From the NCBI GenBank assembly GCA_040768745.1, contig JAXGMI010000001.1, positions 1,440,001 to 1,504,000 on the forward strand: a stretch of DNA of 64,000 nucleotides. The letters run 5' to 3'. The stretch comes from Desulfomicrobium sp. (GTDB lineage Bacteria > Desulfobacterota > Desulfovibrionia > Desulfovibrionales > Desulfomicrobiaceae). Shown here in pieces: positions 30,996 through 40,516 of this stretch. Under the pieces are notes generated by a model, which searched no databases, had not been told where the DNA came from, and saw only the letters and a program-made list of their open reading frames with translations. Position numbers and translations under genes: made by a program. Every line of letters begins with the position of its first letter. Within the stretch, counting starts at the first letter, position 1.

Positions 30996-31991
30996 ATGGC
31001 AGTAAAAATCGCACTGAACGGTTTTGGACGCATCGGACGTTATCTGGCCAGGATCGTGGCCAACGACAAGGACATCGAACTTGTCAGCGTGAATGCGCGC
31101 GGCGACAACATGCAGCTCGCCCACCTGCTCAAGTACGACTCCGTGCATGGCACCTTTGCCGGAGAGGTCACGGCCAACGATGACGGATTTCTCCTCAACG
31201 GTCGGCAGGTGAAGGTCACCCGCAACGCCCCGGAAGCCTGGGACTGGAAGGGGATTGACATCCTGATCGAAAACACGGGCAAGTTCACGGATCGCGAGAG
31301 CTGCGAGAAGCATCTGGCCGCCGGGGCCAAGAAGGTGCTCATTTCCGCTCCGGGCAAGAAATCAGACCTGACCGTGGTCATGGGCGTCAACGACGACCAG
31401 TACGATCCGGCCAGGCACAACATCATCTCCAACGCCTCCTGCACGACCAATTGCCTGGCTCCCGCAGCCAAGGTCCTCAATGACAGTTTCGGCATACGCC
31501 ACGGGCTGATGACCACCATCCATTCCTACACCATGAGCCAGCGCATGCTCGACGGCACCCACAAGGACATCCGCCGGGCCAGGGCCGGGGCCATGAACAT
31601 CCTGCCCACGACCACGGGTGCGGCCAAGGCCGTGAGCCTCGTCATTCCGGCCCTGGCCGGGAAGCTCGACGGCATGGCCGTGCGCGTGCCCACGCCCAAC
31701 GTGTCCCTGGTGGACCTGGTGGCCGAGGTGGAGAAGCCGACCACGGTGGCCGAGGTCAACGCTGCTCTGAAGGCCGCGGCCAGCGGACCCGAAGGCGGGG
31801 CCATGGGCTACACCGAGGTGCCGCTGGTGTCCTGCGACTATGTGGGCAGCATCTACGGCGGTGTTGTGGACGGGCTGTGCACCGCGGTCATGAACGGGAC
31901 CATGGTCAAACTCATCGTGTGGTACGACAACGAGGCGGGATTCACGAACCAGCTGCTGCGCCTGACCAGGATGGTCGCGGCCAAGTTGTAA
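30996..31991 (+). CDS. gap: Type I glyceraldehyde-3-phosphate dehydrogenase
   Basis: NGFGRIGR, SNASCTTNCLAP, WYDNE. Confidence 0.96.
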   Translation: MAVKIALNGFGRIGRYLARIVANDKDIELVSVNARGDNMQLAHLLKYDSVHGTFAGEVTANDDGFLLNGRQVKVTRNAPEAWDWKGIDILIENTGKFTDRESCEKHLAAGAKKVLISAPGKKSDLTVVMGVNDDQYDPARHNIISNASCTTNCLAPAAKVLNDSFGIRHGLMTTIHSYTMSQRMLDGTHKDIRRARAGAMNILPTTTGAAKAVSLVIPALAGKLDGMAVRVPTPNVSLVDLVAEVEKPTTVAEVNAALKAAASGPEGGAMGYTEVPLVSCDYVGSIYGGVVDGLCTAVMNGTMVKLIVWYDNEAGFTNQLLRLTRMVAAKL

Positions 31992-32012
31992 CGCATCATC
32001 GTTCTATTTTCT

Positions 32013-32055
32013 CCAGGGAGGGGATCACGGCTCTTGGCCGTGATCCCCTCCCTGG
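32013..32055. terminator. Perfect 19-bp stem-loop after gap
   Basis: CCAGGGAGGGGATCACGGC-TCTTG-GCCGTGATCCCCTCCCTGG; no strong U-tract on the + strand. Confidence 0.65.
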
Positions 32056-33142
32056 CGTTGAAACGGAGAATTTGGAAGACGGCAGAGACAAGTCCACTCC
32101 GTTTGGCAGATGAATCACCGTGTCGTGTTGTGCCTTTGACGTCACACGCATTCCAGTTTTCAAGACCGTGTTTACTTTGCTGTGCATTCCTGATACGGCA
32201 AAAAAACTTTTTTCACTAATCCCTGCCACTGTCCGCAACTCATTCTTTGATTGCAGGAGTGACAATGTCCGAACTCTTCTGCCGCCGTCCGGCCACTCAT
32301 GCCCCGCCAGGATGGCATCATCCGCACTGCTTTCCCCCTTCGAGAGCGCGTTCATCAACCACCTTAAAGACGTCCAGGCCGGCTTCCGCCGATCATGCCT
32401 GCGGATGCCTTTCCTGCCGTCGCGGGTCAGATACGATTGATCTGCACTCGTCTGCGCAAACAGACGAGCGCAGACGATCCGGGTGTTTCCATAGCCTCTC
32501 TCTGCCGTTTTGAATGCTGCGCAAGACAAAGCAAACATTGATTTTGATTTTTCAATGAAACTCTTTTGATCATGCAAAGGAGCGTGCCATGTCCGTTCTG
32601 TACATCATCGATTCCCAAGTCCCGGATTTTCAAGTTCTGCGCGCAAGTCTTCCTGAAGATGCAGAGGTAATCGTTCTTGATGTATTCGATGACGGAGTGG
32701 AGCAGATTGTCCGGGCTTTGGACGGCCGGACCGGAGTCGATGCGCTGCATATCATCAGTCACGGCTCGTCTGGAATGCTGCGGCTTGGGTCCACCCTGGT
32801 CGATGCCGCATATCTGGCGCAGAACCCGCAGCCATGGGACAGAATTGGCCGGAGTCTGACCGAGACAGGGGACATTCTGCTCTATGGCTGCAACGTGGCG
32901 GCCGGAGAAGGGGGGCGGGCCTTTGTCGACCAGTTGGCGAGGGTAACGGGGGCGGATGTGGCGGCGAGTGATGATGCCCCGGCAGTGCGGCTTTGGGCGG
33001 GAACTGGGTGCTGGAGCAATCTGTCGGCGGTATCAATGTCGAGCCGTTGAGTCAGCCAGAAGAGTGGAACCACACCTTGCCGATGGTGAGTACGCCCAAT
33101 GCCATCATGTTTCCTAGGCATACATCCGGCGAATGGCAAAAC

Positions 33143-33870
33143 CAGGCAGCCTTTGCGGCCCTGAAATCCGACGGCAGCGTTGTCACATGGGGAAGTGACT
33201 GGGGCGGTGGCGACAGCAGCGCGGTGGCTGCCCAGCTTTCCAGTGGGGTCACGCAGATTTTTTCAAATCAGGCAGCCTTTGCGGCTCTGAAAGCGGACGG
33301 CAGCGTTGTTACGTGGGGATACGGCCTGGGCGGCGGCGACAGCAGCGCAGTGGCAGCCTTGCTTTCCAGTGGGGTCACGCAGATTTTTTCAAATCATTAT
33401 GCCTTTGCGGCCCTGAAAGCGGACGGCAGCGTTGTCACCTGGGGAAGCAGCAATCACGGCGGCGACAGCAGCGCGGTGGCTGCCCAGCTTTCCAGTGGGG
33501 TCACGCAGATTTTTTCAAATCAGGCAGCCTTTGCGGCCCTGAAAGCGGACGGCAGCGTTGTCACCTGGGGAGGCAGCAATTACGGCGGCGACAGCATTAC
33601 TGTGGCCGCCCAGCTTTCTAGTGGGGTCACGCAGATTTTTTCCAGTTCTTACGCCTTTGCTGCCCTGAAGTCTGATGGCAGCGTTGTTACGTGGGGAGAC
33701 AGCAGTTACGGCGGCAACAGCAGTGCGGTGGCCGCCCAGCTTTCCAGTGGAGTCACGCAGATTTTTTCAAATGACCAAGCCTTTGCGGCTCTGAAATCCG
33801 ACGGCAGCGTTGTTTCGTGGGGAAATAGTGGCTACGGCGGCGATAGCAGCACGGTAGCTCACCAACTTGT
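33143..33870 (+). repeat. Six tandem 126-bp (42-aa) repeats, RCC1-like (AFAALKxDGSVVTWG)
   Basis: Units start at 33143, 33269, 33395, 33521, 33647 and 33773; nearly identical DNA except one loop. Confidence 0.92.
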
Positions 33871-33931
33871 CAATGTGGTGGGGATGGCCGACATCTCCAC
33901 GGATGACTGGTACTCACCGGCCCCTGTTCCA

Positions 33932-36900
33932 ACCAACACTCCTCCTTCCTTGGCCGCACCTTCCGCTCCGACCTTCACCGACACCCCCTCCGACGACACA
34001 TTTGCTCCGGCCAGCGGGACCCTGCTGGGCAATGATCCTGACCCGGGCACGACCCTGGCCTACGGCATCAGTGGTGGCACGGTATCAAGCGGGGTTTCGA
34101 CCAGGGTCGGAACATACGGAACCCTGGCGGTCAACACCGCCACCTGCGCCTGGACCTATTCGCCGAACAACGCCGCCATCCAGGGCCTCAAGGCCAACGC
34201 GGTGGATTCGTTCACGGCCACGGTCAGCGACGGGCAGGCCAGCGTCAGCCGGCCTTTCAATGTGGCCATCATCGGCGCCAACGACCCCACGGTCTTTGGC
34301 GGCGCGACAACCGGCAATGTCAGCAAAGACGGTGTGCTGACCGTCGCGGGCATACTCACCGTCTCGGACCGCGACACAGGGGATGCGGTCATCGCAGCTC
34401 AACCCGGCACGGCCGGAACCTATGGTACGTTCAGCATTGGGGCCAACGGTGTCTGGAATTATATCCTGAACAACAGCGCGGCCGTTGTGCGGGCTTTGGG
34501 GAGCGACCAGGTCGTATCCGACACCTTCACGGTGTCCACGGCCGGCGGGGTGACGCGAAATATCGTCATCAATGTTGCCGGATCTCAGGACACACTGAAA
34601 GAGACCACCTTGCCCATGACGATGGCAGCGGCACATCTTGCGGCCCGCGCATATTCAGACGCCCATTATCTTGCGAATGCAACGCTTCCTTCGGATGCAG
34701 TGGACCAGGTCAACGCCGGGGTCAGCACCTGGACAGCCCTTCCTGCCGGGCTTCTCGATTTCACGCCTGCGGCCGAGCAGGTGCTTCATGACAGTGGAAA
34801 TATGACCCGCTTTGAGAATGGCCACGCATCGGCATCTGTGGGTCTGTCCATTCTGAATGGGCAAAAAACCTTGGTGATAGCGTTTGAGGGGACCAATTCT
34901 TCCTTGTTTTGGAGTGATCCGGTCCAGTGTCTCGATTTATGGGATGACTTTGCCCTTATTGATCGTCACTACAAGGATCTGAAAGATTTCGCTGCTGCCG
35001 TAGCGAAGTTTGCTGAAGATCCTGCCAATGGAATCGAGAGAGTTCTCGTCACCGGACACAGCCTGGGCGGAGCCATGGCACAGTATTTTATGTATAATTT
35101 TGGGGCGGCAAACCCAAAATACTTCGGAGTGACATTTGGACAGCCAGGGACGGCAGTTCAGGGACATATTCCTGATGAACGGATGGTAAATTTCATTCAT
35201 ACGAACGATATTGTTCCAATCTCTGGAGAAAATTTAAAACAATATATCATTGTTGGTTCCCGTGTGAAAGTTTCTGTCGACATTTCAAGTGACCCAATCG
35301 AGTACGGTTTAAAGGAACATACATTGCTTACGCTTGATGGGAGTGCTCATTCTGTCAGCTACACAGATAGTCTTAAATTCATCCTTAATGAAATCGATGA
35401 AAAATCAATTTTCCAAAATATAAATTTGCTGATTGGAACAGAGAACTCTGACATTCTTAATACAACATTTGTTGCTAATATCACAGCATTTGGCGGCAAG
35501 GGCAATGACTTTATCTTTTCTTCGGCAGGGGTTGATCGTTTTTACGGTGACCCGGGTGATGACGTCTATTTTGTCAACAGCACGTTGGACGTTGTCGTTG
35601 AAAATTCTGGTGAGGGTTATGACACCATTGTCAGTTCCGTTGCCTGTGTTCTCCCTGAGTATGTGGAGCGTTTGATTTTGACCGGCGGTTTGGGCTTTGA
35701 GAGTGCAATTGGGCTGGTTGCCGAAGCGCTTCCGGGGCACGTGGACCGACTGATTATGACCGGAGGGGTCCTCTCATTCGAAAATATCAATGGCACGGGC
35801 AATGGGCTGAATAATATCATCATTGGCAACAGCGGCGCGAATGTCCTGAACGGCCTTGCCGGAGCGGATACCCTGAATGGCGGGTTGGGCAAGGATACGT
35901 ATCTGTTTCTGGCCTCCGGGAACGATGTCGACACCATTGAATTGAAAAATGGAGATCGGATCGAAGTTTCCGGCCTGCCCGACCTCTCCGTTGTCGGCTC
36001 CAGCGGTACCGGCAGTACTCTGTCAATGGGCCAGGTTCAGCTCAATCCCGAGCGTGATGTCCTGTACATCGGAACGGACAACGTGCCGGGCAAGGACATC
36101 ACCATCATGCTGTCAGCCCCCCTTGTCGCCTCGCAGAGCTTGGTCAAGGATGCCACGGGCATATATCTGAAGCAGAGTTGGTGGGGCAAAGTCATCGATG
36201 GCTACATCGCGGGGGCTGATATTTTCATCGACGCCAATGGCAATGGCCTCGCAGACCCTGGGGAAAGCACGAATGTGTTTACCGATGCCCAAGGCAATTT
36301 CAACTTGACGGATATAGACGTTGAGGGTGCCTTGATCGCGGTCGGAGGCACCAATATCGACACGGGGCTCTCCAATTCCCTGCTCCTGACTTCTCCGGAC
36401 GGCTCATCGGTCATCAGCCCGTTGACAACCTTGGTCCATGCTTACGCCACGACACAAGGGGTCAATTCCAGCGTGGCCCAAGTCGCTGTCCGGGAGGCAC
36501 TGGGCATTTCATCAGCCATCAATTTGAATCATTATGACCCGCTTGCCCAGCCTGCAGGAGACAGCACCGCCTTGGCTGCGCAGAAAATTGCAACACAGAT
36601 TGCCGTTATCGGCATGCTTGCCGAACGGGTTGGCGTCGACTTCAGTTCTGTGGTCGAAGGATTGGCGGAGGCCATCGCCGTTCATGCGGGCGTTTCACTG
36701 ACTTCTGAAGCGAATCTGAGCGCGGTGCTGGGCGATCAGTTGCCCCAGAATTTGATTGGAGAAGCTGCGCGCATCAATAGCGAAGTGGGGGCAGTGACAG
36801 CCATTAATGGCATTACGGCGATTGTTCAGGAATCATTGGAAACAGACCCACCCAGAGCAGTTGCTTTTTCACCAGTTGATGGATCCGTAGATGTGGCTGT

Positions 36901-39330
36901 CGGTGCAAATATCGTTGTCACTTTCAATGAGGCCATCCAGCGCGGCACAGGGCACATCGTTCTCAAGACCACTGGCGGCTTACTTGTCGCATCATACGAT
37001 ATCGCCACAAGTTACAATCTGACGTTGAATGGCAATACCCTGACAATCGATCCTTCCCTCAATCTTGCTCATGAAACCCAGTACATCGTTGAAATCCCGG
37101 AGGGCGCAATCAGGGATTTAGCCTGGAACAGCTTTTCCGGTACCTTGAATTATGATTTCACAACGGGATCAGGGCCTGCAGTCCAGCCAGAATGGAGCGA
37201 AACTCAAGTTAATACCTTTACAGATGGCCATCAAGAATGTCCTGCAATCGCAACCTTGAGCGATGGGGGCTATGTCATTGTCTGGCAGTCACAAATGCAA
37301 GCGCAGAGAAGTCAGGGCATTTACGCCCAGCGTTTCGCGGCAGATGGATCGACTGTTGGGCCAGAAATAACCATCGGTGCCCTCTCTGTGGGCTCACAGG
37401 AGCACCCTGCCGTCGCAGCCCTACCTGGCGGAGGTTTTGTCATCACATGTTTCTCGTTAAGGCAGGGTAGTGACGGGTATGACATCTATTCGCAGAGCTT
37501 CGCGGCCGATGGCTCAACTTCGGGGACGGCAACACGGGTCAATACACAAACAGAAGGGTACCAGGTAAATCCCTCCGTCGCAACCTTGTCAGACGGAGGT
37601 CACGTTATTGTGTGGTCAGACCGGTGGACACAAAAAATTTATGCCCAACACTTCGCGCCTGATGGTTCAGCCGTGGGAGGGGAAAAGCTAATCAGTGCTT
37701 ATACAAAAGACAGTTTTTCTCACTCCGCCATCGCCGCTTTGGAAAACGGAGGATATGTAATTGCATGGAGTTCTTCTGAACGGGACGACGAGGGGTTTGG
37801 CGTTTATGTTCAACGTTTTGAGGCTGATGGCTCGTATGTCGGGCCAGAGCAAAGGATAAATGCCATAATCACTAGTAATCAAGAGTTTCCCGCCATTGCT
37901 GCCCTAAATGACGGGGGCTATATCATCACGTGGCAGTCTCTTAACACAGATGGACGTCATGATATTTATTCTCAGCGATTCTCATCTGGTGGGGTTACAA
38001 TTGGAGAAGTGGCACGCATCAATACTATCACAACGCCATTGCAAAGTGAAACAGCCGTCACCGCACTCTCAGATGGGGGCTATGTCATTACTTGGCAAAA
38101 TTTCGATACCAATACGTTAGATAACGATATATATGCCCGACGGTTTGCGGCAAATGGCGTTGCCTTAGGGGCGGAAACACAGATCAACACCTACACTGAA
38201 GGACCTCAATGACGACCCGCCATAGTCGGACTTCAGGATGGAGGGTATGTCATTACGTGGGATTCTGACGTACAAGATGGAAGCGGACATGGAATCTATA
38301 GCCAGCGTTTTGCGGCCTCACTGACCAACACCCCGCCTTCCCTAGCCGTTCCTTCCTCTCCAAGCTTTACTGACACGTCCGCCGATGATGTCTTTGCCCC
38401 AGCCAGCGGGACGCTACAGGGCAGTGATCCTGACCCGGGGGCAGTCCTCGCTTTCGGCATCAGCAGTGGCGACGTCTCCGGAAGCACATCCACGAAAGCT
38501 GGCACGTATGGCACCCTGACAGTCAATACCTCCACCGGGTCCTGGACCTATACGCCGAACAACGCCGCCATTCAAAGCCTCAAAACCAACGCCTCGGACG
38601 CTTTCACGGTCACGGTCAGCGACGGACAGGCCACCGCCAGCCAACCCTTCAATGTGACCATTGTCGGGGCTGACGACCCTACGTTCTTTGACGGCACGAC
38701 AACGGGCAGTGTCAGCGAGGATGGGGTGCTGACGGCCACTGACATGCTGACCGCGACGGACCGGGACGCGGGAGACACGGCCATTATGGCTCAGTCCAAC
38801 ACGGTTGGCGCCTATGGAACGTTCAATATCAGCATAAATGGAATCTGGAATTACGCCCTGAACAACAGTGCGGCCAACGTGCAGGCCTTGAACGCGGGCC
38901 AGACCGTGACGGACACCTTTGCCGTGGCCACGGCCGGGGGAGTCACGCGGAATGTAGTCATCAGCATTGCCGGGGCCAACGAGGAGGTGGTCAACACGCC
39001 TCCCTCCCTTGCCGTTCCTTCTCACCCGACCTTCACCGACACTTCCGCGGATGACATTTTTATCCAGGCCAACGGCATTCTGGTTGGTTCCGACCCTGAT
39101 CCGGGCACAACTCTGGTCTATGGTCTCAGCGGAGGCACGATCTCGGGCGGTTCTGTCAGCAAGGTCGGAACATATGGCACCCTGACGGTTAATACCGCCA
39201 CCGGGGCGTGGACCTACACGCCCGATGACGCGGCCATCGAGGCCCTGGAGACCAACAGCACCGACCCCTTCACGGTCACGGTCAGCGATGGGCAGGCCAG
39301 CGCCAGTCAGTCCTTCAATGTTTCCATCAT
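33932..39330 (+). repeat. Three dispersed VCBS/Ig-like modules (about 33932-34586, 38324-38978, and partial 38993-39330)
   Basis: Each starts (T/V)NTPPSLA.P..P.FTDT..DD and contains GTYGTL.VNT.T..WTY.P and VSDGQAS/T. Confidence 0.85.
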
Positions 39331-40256
39331 CGGATCTGTGGAGGACCTTCCGCCAGTCCTCGGGACCAATGGCAACGACACAGCCACAGTGGGCAGAGGA
39401 AATGCCCATGTTGCCCTGGGAGCGGGCCAGGACACGGCAGTCCTGCCCATGTTCCCCGACGTGTATTCCCTGGTCCAGGAGGCTCCGGGGAGAATCAGGG
39501 GGACCTGCGCGGATTACACCCTGACCCTGGAGGATGTGGAGTTCGTCCAGTTCGGGACATATTTCCAGACCACCCTTGCTGTGGGCGACCTGGCCTCGGG
39601 TCAGGCCAAGCTGCAGCTTGGCCGTCTGACGGATCTCTACCTGGCCTTCTTTGGCCGGGCACCCGATGTATCCGGTCTGGAATACTGGCAGGAACGGCTG
39701 ATGGAGGAGGGGCGGGATTTCGCCACGATCTCCAAGGACTTCGCGTGGAGCGATGAGGCCCAGCGTCTTTTCCCGCGGGACGCCAGCAACCGGGAGTTCG
39801 TGCAGGCCATTTACCAGAACTGCTTTGACCGCGATCCGGACACGGGCGGATGGGACTACTGGACCCAGCGGTTGGATGCCTTGGGTTCGACGGATCTGAA
39901 CGATCGCGGGTCCTTTGTGGGCGAGCTGATTCTGGGGGCGTACGCCGTGACGAGCGGAGAGGAGGATCGCGGCCTGCTGACCCACAAGCACGAAGTGGCG
40001 ATGCACTATGTGAACAGGTTGTCGGAGCAGCCGGAGGAGGAATTCGACGCCAGCATCAACGACCTGCTGGAGCTGGTCACCGGGGACTCGGGAACGCAGT
40101 CCAAAGCTGAGGCGGTCATCGACCATGTGTTCGAGGACCCGATCACCCTGACCGGGGTGATGAACGACCCGGCCTTGCTGGAGTCCATCTGGAGTGCTGC
40201 GTAACCAAGAGCGCGCCATCCCCACAACGCGGTGAGGGCCCTTTGTCAGAAGGAAG

Positions 40257-40280
40257 ATGCCGGGGGAATTCCCCCGGCAT
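40257..40280. other. Perfect 24-bp palindrome downstream of the giant gene
   Basis: ATGCCGGGGGAATTCCCCCGGCAT. Confidence 0.7.
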
Positions 40281-40445
40281 TGGACACTCTGCATGGGGTT
40301 GGCCTATTCTTGAGGCCTGCGCTGGGTTTGGTGGTGTGTCCCATCACCAAGGCTGGGGACTCCAAGCGCCCAATGTCCCTGGCCATCGGACTCCGGATGG
40401 TCCGAGGTTGGCAAACGTGGCGCGTTTTGCCCTTCAGGGCTTTGC

Positions 40446-40474
40446 TTGCATTTCCCTTCCGCCTTTTCTAGTCT
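40446..40474 (+). promoter_or_regulatory. Candidate sigma-70 promoter for dnaE
   Basis: TTGCAT-N17-TAGTCT. Confidence 0.45.
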
Positions 40475-40516
40475 GACCTCCCCTGTCTTCAAAATCACCC
40501 ATTCCCTGAGAGCGTC

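Larger units (their letters stand above)
32589..40204 (+). pseudogene. Giant multidomain secreted/surface protein gene (~2538 aa if intact), interrupted by a 1-bp frameshift (~32979) and an in-frame TGA (38210-38212)
   Basis: DUF4347-like start (LHIISHG, DILLYGCNVA, ADVAASDD) continues as GSAALGGNWVLE only after a frame change. ORFs 32993-38212 and 38654-40204 share a frame, and the sequence after the TGA continues the same repeat (Q*RPAIVGLQDGGYVITW). Contains a GHSLGG lipase motif, RTX-like Gly/Asp nonapeptides and a DUF4214-like LYLAFFGRAPD..GLEYW. Confidence 0.85.

Noticed and set aside
31996..32577. 193-aa minus-strand ORF and overlapping small ORFs between gap and the giant gene
   Set aside because: No recognisable motif; it runs through the gap hairpin and an AT-rich promoter-like region. 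A decayed gene remnant cannot be excluded.
32976..32980. Phase-variable homopolymer at the frameshift
   Set aside because: Only four Cs, too short for a typical contingency tract. Loss of the A in GCC ACC GGC explains it equally well.
33143..33870. CRISPR array or DGR template/variable repeats
   Set aside because: The units are in-frame 126-bp coding repeats without unique spacers. No cas or reverse transcriptase gene is in the window.
38210..38260. TGA in the giant gene read as selenocysteine
   Set aside because: The aligned position in sibling repeats is not a conserved Cys, and no convincing bacterial SECIS stem-loop follows. A nonsense mutation or sequencing error is simpler.
31992..40516. 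Giant-gene region as an integrative island
   Set aside because: No integrase, tRNA or flanking direct repeats were found; only hairpins at both sides.
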